DNA of 64,000 nucleotides from a virus (taxonomy: Duplodnaviria > Caudoviricetes), in the IMG/VR virus record IMGVR_UViG_3300029705_006902, positions 10,709 to 74,708 of that record; one strand, written 5' to 3'. A program made the position numbers and the translations under genes. Position 1 is the first letter of the stretch. Every line of letters begins with the position of its first letter. Positions 38,190 through 47,142 of the stretch are shown piece by piece. The notes below the pieces were generated by a model that saw nothing but the letters and a program-made list of their open reading frames with translations, was not told the origin of the DNA and searched no databases.

Positions 38190-39447
38190 CTGTGGGTTCT
38201 TCCTCCTTTTCAGGTATTTGTCCCGCGAATATTCCGGCGTCGGACATTTTACACATGTTGCCGTTTATAAGGTAAAGGTCGCCACCTTCATCCGCAGGGA
38301 TTCTGTTAAGATTTTCAAGTTCCCTGATGTCATTAGCGGAAAGCCAACCGTTCTGTCTGCCGATTGCATAGCCGGACATACGGCTTGCATAGTCGCCACG
38401 CAGAAGACCATCTACATTAAACTTGAAGAAAAGCTCACCTTTTTCTTTTTCGTTTAACAGCACACGGAACAAGGCTTGCTCCCAACGAATCAACCAGGGT
38501 TGCAAGGTATAGGTCACGAATTCCAAACTCTGCTGCTCGATGTTTGAAAAGCTTGACTTTTCGAGGTCTCCAACCATATGGGGAGGGACTCGGAATATGC
38601 GAGCAATTTCATTAATTTGAAATTTCCTCGTTTCAAGAAACTGTGCCTGTTCAGGTGAAATACCTATAGGAGTGTATTTCATACCTTCTTCAAGCACGGC
38701 TATCTTGTTAGCATTATGGCTACCACCGAAAGTGGACTGCCAACTTTCACGCACTCGCTGTGGGTCCTTAATTGTTCCGGGGTGTTCAAGCACCCCACCG
38801 GGGGCAGCACCGTTAGCAAAGAACTTAGCTCCGTATTCCTCGCAGGCTATTGCCATACCAATTGCGTTTTTTGCCATAGCGATAGGGCTATAACCGACAA
38901 GACCATCGAATCCAAGTCCGGGAATATGCAGAACATCGGAAGGTGTCAAATATACATTTGAACCCTCCATGGTGTTTGCCTCTTCCTTTGAGTGCGAATA
39001 GGTGTAGTAAAGCTGACCTTTATCATCACGGTCAACTGTCATTTTGTTTGGCATTAAGGGATACAAGGCAATAACCTCGCCCTTGCCATTTCTTATTATC
39101 TGTGCATAAGCATTACCCCAAAGGAGCAAGTGTGTCATCAGGGTTTCTCTGAAAACGAATGAGCTCATTTCAGGGTTCGGTTCATCGTGAAGAAGTCTGT
39201 AAAGCGGATGGTCGATGGCTTTATCCTTACTACCACTCTCACCGTAACGATAAAGATGCAACGGCAAACCCGCCAAGGCTTCAGCGAGGATTCGAACACA
39301 AGAGTACACAGCCGTCATCTGCATAGCTGAACGCTCTGTTACAGATTTTCCCGATGTACTGTTTCCGAAGAAGAAACTGTATCCACTACCCGCTGTACTG
39401 TTCGAAGGCTTATCTCTGGAACGAAACAAGCCTGAAAAGATGTTCAT
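38182..39447 (-). CDS. Portal protein (HK97 family)
   Basis: LLLWGNAY, LHIPGLGFDGLVGYSPI, IARIFRVPPH. Confidence 0.95.
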   Translation of the reverse strand: MNIFSGLFRSRDKPSNSTAGSGYSFFFGNSTSGKSVTERSAMQMTAVYSCVRILAEALAGLPLHLYRYGESGSKDKAIDHPLYRLLHDEPNPEMSSFVFRETLMTHLLLWGNAYAQIIRNGKGEVIALYPLMPNKMTVDRDDKGQLYYTYSHSKEEANTMEGSNVYLTPSDVLHIPGLGFDGLVGYSPIAMAKNAIGMAIACEEYGAKFFANGAAPGGVLEHPGTIKDPQRVRESWQSTFGGSHNANKIAVLEEGMKYTPIGISPEQAQFLETRKFQINEIARIFRVPPHMVGDLEKSSFSNIEQQSLEFVTYTLQPWLIRWEQALFRVLLNEKEKGELFFKFNVDGLLRGDYASRMSGYAIGRQNGWLSANDIRELENLNRIPADEGGDLYLINGNMCKMSDAGIFAGQIPEKEEEPTDE

Positions 39448-39514
39448 AAAATCAACTCCTGTTTGTAAATTTTGGTATATAAAAAGCACCTACCTAAAAA
39501 ACGATAGATGCCTT

Positions 39515-39607
39515 TTATGCTATTCCGAGGATTTCCAACAGCTTAATAATCTGCACAAGGAAAGCTGTGATGTACAGCCCAGGCAGTACTAAAAGTCCGT
39601 GAATCAT
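39515..39607 (-). CDS. 30-aa hydrophobic peptide (not in track)
   Basis: Strong RBS GAAAGGAG; MIHGLLVLPGLYITAFLVQIIKLLEILGIA; followed by an imperfect hairpin. Confidence 0.45.
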   Translation of the reverse strand: MIHGLLVLPGLYITAFLVQIIKLLEILGIA

Positions 39608-39611
39608 ATGA

Positions 39612-40394
39612 CTACTCCTTTCCATTAAAATCATCAAGCCTTTTCCTTAATTCAGAAAAGAACACTTTTCCTTTAATTGGCAATCCCTGGGCAGTTCTTT
39701 CTTCTTCAAAACTGAAGCGTATTTCAAGTTCTTCTGCCGAGTAGTTCTTTAAGAACTTACGCCAAGTGTGCTTATCCATATATCTCAACTTTTCCCATAG
39801 TTCGGGAAAGTGAGTGCGAAGTTTGCGTAATTCATCAAAAGACTGAAGAGGACAGCACCAACAGGATACGCGATGGAAGATATCATAAAGACCTTCCCAA
39901 TCGAAACCTCTCTCTTTGCAGTATTGAAGGCAGTCCTTTTCGGTCATACCCCAATCAATGAGGGGGTAATTAAACTCGTGTACTCTCTGAGGCTCATCTG
40001 CTGCAATGCCGATGTACTGCTCGATTTCATAATCTTTAGAAAGACCACGGAGATAGTGATTTATTACCCTTGTTTTCAAGGTTGCCGTACACCAACGATT
40101 CCTCGGCCCCGCCCAACTGAATCCTTTTCTACCTTGAAGTTCGGGGTTTCTTCGTTTAGGTTCGTGTTCAAAGAAAAGGTATTCAAAGCTGTCTTTTCCT
40201 TTTAGTCTTGTTATAGGTCTGTCAATGTACTTTTCAAGTTTATCAATGTGTCTGTACATCGCATCAAACTCAAGCCCGGTATCGCAGAACAAAATAATAT
40301 CCACGGGCATCCCTTCTTCAAGCATTCGAAGAAGCATAGCCGTGGAGTCTTTGCCACCGGACAGCGATACAATATGTAATTTTGGTTTACTCAA
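39612..40394 (-). CDS. PAPS-reductase-family (PP-loop) protein
   Basis: SLSGGKDS, DTGLEF, RWCT..LK, YPL.DW, RVSCWCCP. Confidence 0.88.
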   Translation of the reverse strand: MSKPKLHIVSLSGGKDSTAMLLRMLEEGMPVDIILFCDTGLEFDAMYRHIDKLEKYIDRPITRLKGKDSFEYLFFEHEPKRRNPELQGRKGFSWAGPRNRWCTATLKTRVINHYLRGLSKDYEIEQYIGIAADEPQRVHEFNYPLIDWGMTEKDCLQYCKERGFDWEGLYDIFHRVSCWCCPLQSFDELRKLRTHFPELWEKLRYMDKHTWRKFLKNYSAEELEIRFSFEEERTAQGLPIKGKVFFSELRKRLDDFNGKE

Positions 40395-40406
40395 TGTAAG
40401 ACCTCC

Positions 40407-42008
40407 TTATATAAATAGAATACCTCGGTCGTCATAAACCGAAGCACCAGATTCTCCACCACAGCGGATTGCTCGGTCAAGTGCCATTATGAGGGCAACG
40501 GCACCGTCAATCTTCTCTGTAGATTTTTCCTTGTCAGGCTTGATATTTCCCGCCGGATCTGTTCGTATAAAAATGTTATCCATCATCCATCGGAGAACCG
40601 GGTGTCCGCTGTGTGCCATTTTTTCTTCAAGGGTAAGCTTCATCAATTCTTTTGTCGGAGGACTCATGTCCTTAAACCCTTGCCCGAAAGGTACAACAGT
40701 GAATCCCATACCCTCAAGGTTCTGAACCATTTGCACCGCACCCCAGCGGTCAAATGCTATTTCTTTTATGTTATATTTCTTACCGAGTTCTTCTATGAAG
40801 TTCTCGATGAAGCCATAGTGAACAACATTTCCTTCGGTAGTCTTAAGATAACCTTGGCGTTCCCATACATCATACGGTACATGGTCTCTTCGAACACGAA
40901 GGTCAAGGTTGTCTTCCGGTATCCAAAAGAACGGCAGTACAGAGTATTTATCATCTTCATCTTCTGGTGGGAAGACAAGAACAAAGGCAGTGATATCTGT
41001 AGTGGATGAAAGGTCAAGACCACCATAACATACACGCCCTTCAAGTGAATCGGGGTTTGTAGGGAACGAGCATTTATCCCATTTGTCCATTGGCATCCAT
41101 CGTACTGCTTGTTTTACCCATTGATTTAAGCGAAGCTGTCTAAAACTGTTCTCCTCGGCAGGGTTTTGTTTTGCCGATTCACAGGCTGCCTCTACTTTAT
41201 CAATGCCTACTGTTATGCCGAGTGAAGGGTTCGCTTTTGCCCACACCTTCGGGTCAGTCCAATCATCGTTCTCATCTGCTCCATATATAACAGGATAGAA
41301 TGTAGGGTCGATTTTTCTACCTTCCATTATGTCTTTAGCTTTTTGGTGAGTTTCATAACAAATACTGTTAGTGTCTGTTCCTGCTGTAGTAATCAGAAAG
41401 TATAATGGTTGCATACGAGCATCACCGGAACCCTTTGTCATGACATCAAAGAGTTTTCTGTTTGGCTGTGTATGAAGCTCATCAAACAGCACTCCGTGGA
41501 TGTTGAAGCCGTGCTTTGAATAGGCTTCGGCTGAAAGAACCTGGTAGAAACTGTTTGTAGGTTCGTATACAATTCTTTTCTGCGACGCAAGTATTTTTAC
41601 TCGTTTATTCAGAGCCGGACACATTCTTACCATATCAGCTGCAACCTCAAAAACGATTGACGCCTGCTGTCGGTCAGCCGCACAACCATAGACCTCGGCT
41701 CGTTCTTCACCATCACCGCAAGTGAGCAAAAGAGCAATGGCGGCTGCAAGTTCCGATTTGCCCATTTTCTTTGGTATTTCTACATATGCATAATTGAACT
41801 GTCTATACCCGTTAGGTTTCATTGTACCGAAAAGGTCTCGGATAATCTGTTCTTGCCAATCAATTAACTCGAAAGGCTTACCCGCCCAGGAACCTTTTGT
41901 ATGGCAAAGGCACTGCACAAAGTCAACAGCATAATCAGCAGCATCTTTATCGTAGTAAGAGTCTTTTGACATAAACTTTGTCGGTTTATATTTTTTCAGC
42001 TTTCTCAC
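40407..42008 (-). CDS. terL: Terminase large subunit
   Basis: IPKKMGKSE Walker A, LFDELH Walker B, GGLDLS and KIDGAVA nuclease motifs. Confidence 0.96.
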   Translation of the reverse strand: MRKLKKYKPTKFMSKDSYYDKDAADYAVDFVQCLCHTKGSWAGKPFELIDWQEQIIRDLFGTMKPNGYRQFNYAYVEIPKKMGKSELAAAIALLLTCGDGEERAEVYGCAADRQQASIVFEVAADMVRMCPALNKRVKILASQKRIVYEPTNSFYQVLSAEAYSKHGFNIHGVLFDELHTQPNRKLFDVMTKGSGDARMQPLYFLITTAGTDTNSICYETHQKAKDIMEGRKIDPTFYPVIYGADENDDWTDPKVWAKANPSLGITVGIDKVEAACESAKQNPAEENSFRQLRLNQWVKQAVRWMPMDKWDKCSFPTNPDSLEGRVCYGGLDLSSTTDITAFVLVFPPEDEDDKYSVLPFFWIPEDNLDLRVRRDHVPYDVWERQGYLKTTEGNVVHYGFIENFIEELGKKYNIKEIAFDRWGAVQMVQNLEGMGFTVVPFGQGFKDMSPPTKELMKLTLEEKMAHSGHPVLRWMMDNIFIRTDPAGNIKPDKEKSTEKIDGAVALIMALDRAIRCGGESGASVYDDRGILFI

Positions 42009-42103
42009 GCTGTTACCTCCTTTATGAGTAATAAAAAAACAGCCCTGTAGGCTGCTACGAGAGAAAGAGCCGAACGGCTCCTTCAGTTATATGTGATTAA
42101 AAC

Positions 42104-42358
42104 TTACTTGCTAAAATAATGGGTTGAGGAATAACAGTCTGAACCATCCTCTTCGTTGACCACTTCATCAACAAGGTTGAGGTTGAAGTTATTCTTAATT
42201 AGCACATTAAGAAATGCGTGGTCGTGCTTCCAATCACCCCAGGAAATGTCAATTGCTATCGTTCCATCCGCTGTAAGTTCGACATTGTAATATCTTCCGT
42301 TTTCTTCGAGCTTGTTGCCGATGTCTCTTATAAGCTTCATCTTATCTTTTCTTGTCAT
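42104..42358 (-). CDS. Hypothetical protein
   Basis: Small ORF in the accessory array (start MTRKDK). Confidence 0.55.
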   Translation of the reverse strand: MTRKDKMKLIRDIGNKLEENGRYYNVELTADGTIAIDISWGDWKHDHAFLNVLIKNNFNLNLVDEVVNEEDGSDCYSSTHYFSK

Positions 42359-42376
42359 TGCTTTTCCCTCCATTTC

Positions 42377-42643
42377 TTATTTTGCCATTTGCTGAATGCA
42401 CCAGGCAATTGCGTGTCCGTTGTCTTCAAACGAAACTTCAGAGGTTTTTATAAGGGAAATTCTGCATTCGCAATCTGCAAGTCCGGTTTCTTCAGGGGTT
42501 TCAATGAACTCCCAAATCTCTGCGATAAATCCGCCTCTCCAATTTACATCTGTTACGAAAACCTTGTCTCCGTACTGTAAAACGGCTCCGTAGCTTGCTG
42601 AAACATTGCACTGTAATTTTTCCATTGTTGTAAAGCCTGCCAT
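42377..42643 (-). CDS. Hypothetical protein
   Basis: 88 aa with RBS GGAGG. Confidence 0.6.
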   Translation of the reverse strand: MAGFTTMEKLQCNVSASYGAVLQYGDKVFVTDVNWRGGFIAEIWEFIETPEETGLADCECRISLIKTSEVSFEDNGHAIAWCIQQMAK

Positions 42644-42656
42644 TGTTTTGTCCTCC

Positions 42657-42863
42657 TTAATCGTTGATTACCACTGCTTTGTAGTATCCGAAAGCGTCTC
42701 TTGCAATTCCGTAGTTGCATTCAACCCCGTACTTGCGGTCAAAGGCTTTTGCTTTCTTCGCAAGGTTTGTAGCTGCGTTTCTGCTTTCTTCTCTTGTCAT
42801 TCCTTCGAAGCGGTATTCTCCGGTCTTCTGAAGGGTGCGAATCTGTTCGTTAAGGTTTGTCAT
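42657..42863 (-). CDS. Hypothetical protein
   Basis: First gene after promoter repeat 1; RBS GGAGG. Confidence 0.6.
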   Translation of the reverse strand: MTNLNEQIRTLQKTGEYRFEGMTREESRNAATNLAKKAKAFDRKYGVECNYGIARDAFGYYKAVVIND

Positions 42864-43017
42864 TGTTGTGTCCTCCGTTCTTTATTGTGTACTCATATTA
42901 ACTCTAAAAGCACATAATATCCAGTCATTTCGGAGATATATATTACACAAACATTAGGCTTAAATACTGTGTATATTTGTACGAGAGAAAGAGCCTATAA
43001 AAGACTCCTTCCTGTTA

Positions 43018-43449
43018 TTATTTTATGCCGTTGTCGAACCTTTCTTTAAGGTAGCAATAGCAATAGATGTTATATTCGCCTTTGTTCGGATTCAAGCGAA
43101 AGAGGTATGTGTGTTTCTCTGTATCCGCTCTGAACCCGTAATGGTTTCTGTCATCGTTAAAAGCACTGTTCGGGTTCGCATTACAGTATGCTTTAAGACG
43201 CTCTCTGCAAAAGAGCACTTTTCCGTATTCGGCTGCGAAACGAAGGGTGTTTATAACAATGTCGAATTCCTGGGTAAAGGCAGCCGTTTTAAATTCGGTC
43301 ATCAATTCATTCCAGGTTGAATAAAACTCTTTCCCGGTACTGCCGAAATCGGCTCGTAGGTAACCGATGCAACCGAGTTCTTCATACCCGTTGGGGGATT
43401 GCTTAAAAGTATAAGGCCTTTCAATTGCTGTTAATGCTCTGAATGTCAT
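43018..43449 (-). CDS. Hypothetical protein of a type seen in Clostridial mobile elements
   Basis: GCIGYLRADFGSTGKEFYSTW motif. Confidence 0.6.
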   Translation of the reverse strand: MTFRALTAIERPYTFKQSPNGYEELGCIGYLRADFGSTGKEFYSTWNELMTEFKTAAFTQEFDIVINTLRFAAEYGKVLFCRERLKAYCNANPNSAFNDDRNHYGFRADTEKHTYLFRLNPNKGEYNIYCYCYLKERFDNGIK

Positions 43450-43463
43450 TTTCTTGCCCCTCC

Positions 43464-43754
43464 TTAACCTTCTACAATCTTGTATCCGTTGTATTTGAAA
43501 TTCTTAACCATCTCAATGGCTGTTTGAAGAGCTATAACAAAGTCCTCTGTTTGCTCAATAGTTTTTGTTCCGCAAGCTGACCAGTTGAGTCCGAGCTGAA
43601 TGGTTGCATTAGGGTCTCCCCAGGTGGGCAACTCGTATGCTTCGATTCTGTCATCGGAAAGGCGCCTGATTTCCTTTGTAAGGGCTCTGTATTCGTTTCT
43701 GAATTCTTCGTAAGCAACTGTCTTTACCATTTTAAAAGCCTCCTTAACGCTCAA
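43464..43754 (-). CDS. Hypothetical protein
   Basis: 96 aa, coupled ORF. Confidence 0.55.
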   Translation of the reverse strand: MSVKEAFKMVKTVAYEEFRNEYRALTKEIRRLSDDRIEAYELPTWGDPNATIQLGLNWSACGTKTIEQTEDFVIALQTAIEMVKNFKYNGYKIVEG

Positions 43755-43932
43755 TTCTGAAAAGGAAATCGCCGTCGTTGGAAACTGCGAAATCGGTTAC
43801 AATGCAATCATCAAATGTGTCGGGGATAGACTTCATCGAGCCTTCGAAGTAAGTCTTGTCCAGGCTTGTGTTTGCAAGGGTTACTGTTGCGTTTCGGTTA
43901 ATCAGTTCGTAAAATTTGTAAAGCTTAATCAT
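43744..43932 (-). CDS. Hypothetical protein
   Basis: First gene after promoter repeat 2. Confidence 0.55.
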   Translation of the reverse strand: MIKLYKFYELINRNATVTLANTSLDKTYFEGSMKSIPDTFDDCIVTDFAVSNDGDFLFRIER

Positions 43933-44044
43933 TGGAATGTTCTCCGTTCTTTATTGTGTACCCATATTAACTCTAAAAGCCTGATATATCCAGTCATTTC
44001 GGAGATATATATTACACAATCATTTGCACAGAAAACTGTGTATT

Positions 44045-44254
44045 TTATTGCACCATTTCCGCTGTGTGCTTATGGATGACATCAAGGATTTTGTCCTGTT
44101 CGGAAACGGGTAGACCGAGAGTTTCAAGAGACTCACGGATTCCGCAATCAGGGCATATCATAGTTTCGTTGTCTGTTCTTGAAAGAGCAGGAACACCGTT
44201 ATATTCTTTTCCGCATTTGGGGCATATACCCCTGCGTGTATTATTGGTTTTCAT
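44045..44254 (-). CDS. Small zinc-finger protein
   Basis: CPKCG...PALSRTDN...CPDCG. Confidence 0.7.
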   Translation of the reverse strand: MKTNNTRRGICPKCGKEYNGVPALSRTDNETMICPDCGIRESLETLGLPVSEQDKILDVIHKHTAEMVQ

Positions 44255-44717
44255 AGTGAACCTCCTTATAACTTTCAGCATAGGCTTTCATAAGATAAAG
44301 CTGTTCGAACCTGAAATTTCTGTAACCCTCACTGCAAACGGAAATGTATCCGGTGGAGGGTAAACCCAAAGGTCGGTCTTCGTGCATAATGTAAATGAAA
44401 CAATCACGCTCTCTGACCTTGTCGGTTATAATACCTTTGATTTTCAAGCGGAGTTCCTTTTTATAATAGAAGTCCGGATAGCCTTCATATCGGTCGAGTC
44501 TTAACTCATCCCTTTCATCGACTTCCCAAACCCCCAAAGGTACTCTCGAACCCTTTTTCGGTTCGACTGTAAGGTAAGAACCTGTCTTACTGCCTTTGAA
44601 AAGCAATTGATAATCTTCAAGCCAGGCCGTGCCTATGACTTTTGCATTGGGGCAGCGGTAACGCATTTGAGCAACATTCAGGTTGCTACCATAAGCTACA
44701 TAGTATCGTTTGTTCAT
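44241..44717 (-). CDS. Gamma-glutamylcyclotransferase (AIG2-like)
   Basis: YVAYGSNL, LDRYEGYP. Confidence 0.9.
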   Translation of the reverse strand: MNKRYYVAYGSNLNVAQMRYRCPNAKVIGTAWLEDYQLLFKGSKTGSYLTVEPKKGSRVPLGVWEVDERDELRLDRYEGYPDFYYKKELRLKIKGIITDKVRERDCFIYIMHEDRPLGLPSTGYISVCSEGYRNFRFEQLYLMKAYAESYKEVHYENQ

Positions 44718-44832
44718 TTTTTATCATCCTTTCCGAAAGGGTATCCCTTTCACCACCATAAGGACGGTCAAGCCGTCCGAGGTGTTTATAGGGTCTGTCC
44801 CTTCGGTCAATTTTTGGTTAACCGCTGTTCCT

Positions 44833-45783
44833 TCAAGCTGCGTCTCTTCCGTTACGGAAGGCTGCATCTCCTGTAAGGTTTTTTGTAAGGAAATCTCTTG
44901 CTGTTTCAAACTCCTCACCGATGAAACCCAAGCGGAGTAACCAGGTTCTCATTGCGTATTTTGGGTTTTCGTTCTGCTGTGGTTTCGAACTTGCTGTTCT
45001 TACTTCCTTTGCCATTTGACTGAGGGCAAGGCAAAGCTGAATGTAACTTTTAAGCTGTCCTGCGTGGATGCCGTTTCTTCTTTCGGCAGTCGGTGCATCG
45101 AATTGGAAAAGCCTGAACTCAACTGTACCCTTTGTGAAGGTTGCGTGGAGGTTAAGCATATGGTATCTGCTGTCGTTGTAGTGTCCGCTTCTGTTCCAAG
45201 AAGCTCCTTGTGTACCGTACCAAATGTCTGCAAGGTCGGACATTGTTTTCGGCTTCTTTTGGTTGAGTTTTGAAAGAAATCTTGCATCAACTGTTCGACA
45301 GTATCTTTCCATTCTGTAGCTGTCCAGTTTAAGGGATTGTGCAAGAAGGTCTTCGTGGCTTGCCATGATGTTTGCCAGGTTGCGAAGTGTCTGCGGTGTG
45401 TGGCCTTTTGCTCCGATGTGAATGTGAACTCCGCATCCTCTTGTTGCATCGCTCTTTGCTCCGGCTTTGCGAAGCTTTCTGCAAAGTTCCTGTAAAAGTT
45501 CAATGTCCGTGTATTTAAGAATCGGTGTAACAAGTTCGCATTTTTGTTCGTCGGGTCCGTTGATGCTGACATCCTTTGAGAATTTCCATTCTCTGCCTTC
45601 GCTATCCCAAGCTGACCAGGTTTCGTAGCCGTTTCGTGAGGCTGTGTATTCGTAGCGGTCTGTGCCGAAAAGCTCGGCTGCAAGGCGGGCTGCATTCTTT
45701 CTGGTGATGTTGTTCATTTCAACCTCAACCCCTATGGTCTGCTTCTTCATTTCCTCAATCTGTCTTTGTGTTTTTGTATTCAT
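44833..45783 (-). CDS. Putative amidoligase (COOH-NH2 ligase, Amidoligase_2)
   Basis: IGVEVEM, CELVTP, CGVHIHIG, RYHMLNL, TVEFRLF. Confidence 0.9.
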   Translation of the reverse strand: MNTKTQRQIEEMKKQTIGVEVEMNNITRKNAARLAAELFGTDRYEYTASRNGYETWSAWDSEGREWKFSKDVSINGPDEQKCELVTPILKYTDIELLQELCRKLRKAGAKSDATRGCGVHIHIGAKGHTPQTLRNLANIMASHEDLLAQSLKLDSYRMERYCRTVDARFLSKLNQKKPKTMSDLADIWYGTQGASWNRSGHYNDSRYHMLNLHATFTKGTVEFRLFQFDAPTAERRNGIHAGQLKSYIQLCLALSQMAKEVRTASSKPQQNENPKYAMRTWLLRLGFIGEEFETARDFLTKNLTGDAAFRNGRDAA

Positions 45784-45910
45784 TTTTGTGTCCTCCGTGT
45801 TTCTTAATGTGTCTGTATATTACCGTCAATTCCCTGATATATCCAGTCATTTCGGAGATATATATTACACAATCATTTGCACAGAAAACTGTGTATTTTA
45901 TGGTGGATTT

Positions 45911-46141
45911 TTACTCTTCGATTATCTTACAGGAGTCCTCTCCGTAGGCTACGCCGAGAGACGAACCACAATCCCAACGCACATGGATTGTACCCATATC
46001 ATCAACAAATCGAACTGTGCCACGACAACCGGGTACAAGCTTTGTATTATAAGGGTCATCCATTTTTACAAGTTCGACCCTGGTACCCTCCGTATACTTT
46101 TCCTTAAGTGATTTTACAACCGCTTCACTTGGGATAATCAT
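45911..46141 (-). CDS. DUF4314-like protein
   Basis: GTRVELVKMDDPY...GTVRFVDDMGTIHVRWD.GSSLG. Confidence 0.85.
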   Translation of the reverse strand: MIIPSEAVVKSLKEKYTEGTRVELVKMDDPYNTKLVPGCRGTVRFVDDMGTIHVRWDCGSSLGVAYGEDSCKIIEE

Positions 46142-46878
46142 TATTCTTCCTCCTTTTCTTTCTTGTGTCCGTTCTTGAATGCTGCCGAACCCGTAAAGTT
46201 CTGAAGCAGAATTTTTCTTTCGGTCTTATATTCCGCACCGATGAAACCGAGCCTTAAAAGGAAACAGCGGAAAGCGTACTTTTCATTTTCAACTGTTTTC
46301 TCACCTTTGTTAATGCGAGTGAGCTTCTTTGCCATTTCGCAAAGTGCCGTTACAAAATGCATATAGGCTTTGACTTCATCCGGGTTCGATGTTTCTTTGA
46401 ACCAGGGAAAATCTATTTTTTCACCGAATGTATGAATGGTAAGGTTATCTGTACCGAGTGCTTTTTTTATAAGGTCGGCTTTTGAATCAATCAGGTCTTT
46501 AAGGTTCTGCAGAGCCTTTTCATCGAAGTGTTCTTTAGGCATCTGAATGATGATTCCCATTTCTTCCTGCTCTTCAAGCCTCTGTTCGATGAGCATTTCT
46601 TCGATGTCTTCTTCGCTGTAGGCCTCGCTTGTGGTTTCGTTGCTGAAATCCTCAAGTTCGAACCCCTCATTGTGAAGGTGTTCGAGAAGTCTTTCAACAA
46701 CCTCTCCGCCGAGTCCGCTGTCGAATGTAAGGGTGCCGTTTTTGTCAATTGTGAAGCAACCGACCTGGTAAGCAAAGGTAGGGGCTCCGAGATAGTTTAC
46801 TTCGTGGCCTGCCCATTTTGCTATGGTCAATGCGAGCTGCTTTCTTTTGTTACCGGGTACATTGTAATTTACTGTCAT
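46141..46878 (-). CDS. Conserved prophage protein ('virulence-related protein' family)
   Basis: YLGAPTFAY; FPWF; ENEKYAFRCFLLRLGFIG...RK.LL.N.TG.AAF (C-terminus resembles that of the amidoligase). Confidence 0.75.
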   Translation of the reverse strand: MTVNYNVPGNKRKQLALTIAKWAGHEVNYLGAPTFAYQVGCFTIDKNGTLTFDSGLGGEVVERLLEHLHNEGFELEDFSNETTSEAYSEEDIEEMLIEQRLEEQEEMGIIIQMPKEHFDEKALQNLKDLIDSKADLIKKALGTDNLTIHTFGEKIDFPWFKETSNPDEVKAYMHFVTALCEMAKKLTRINKGEKTVENEKYAFRCFLLRLGFIGAEYKTERKILLQNFTGSAAFKNGHKKEKEEE

Positions 46879-47142
46879 TGGTATGACCTCCTTTAAATTT
46901 GGTAGTCACATATTACCGTCAGGTGTGAGATATATCCAGTCATTTCTGCATATTCGGATGTAGAATAAAAGCCTCAATTTTATGTGCTTTATTGTGTACT
47001 ATACACACCCCAAAAAAGAACTGTTAGGAAATTCCGAATTGTTCAAAAGGAGGTCAGAGGCATACCGAAAAAGGAGCAAAATCGGTATGCCTCTGTTTTG
47101 GAGGACACATACGCCGAAAGTGCGTAAAATGGAGTTGGTTAT

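Larger units (their letters stand above)
42894..46946 (-). repeat. Four-copy promoter-like repeat family (42894-42950, 43963-44048, 45816-45901, 46909-46946)
   Basis: Core ACTGGATA-N17-TAATAT; 43980-44048 is identical to 45833-45901 (69 bp). Confidence 0.85.

Noticed and set aside
45000-45695. 231-aa same-strand alternative-frame ORF inside the amidoligase
   Set aside because: Q/T/S-rich composition typical of a codon-bias shadow frame; no clear RBS or recognisable motif, unlike the nested methylase ORF.
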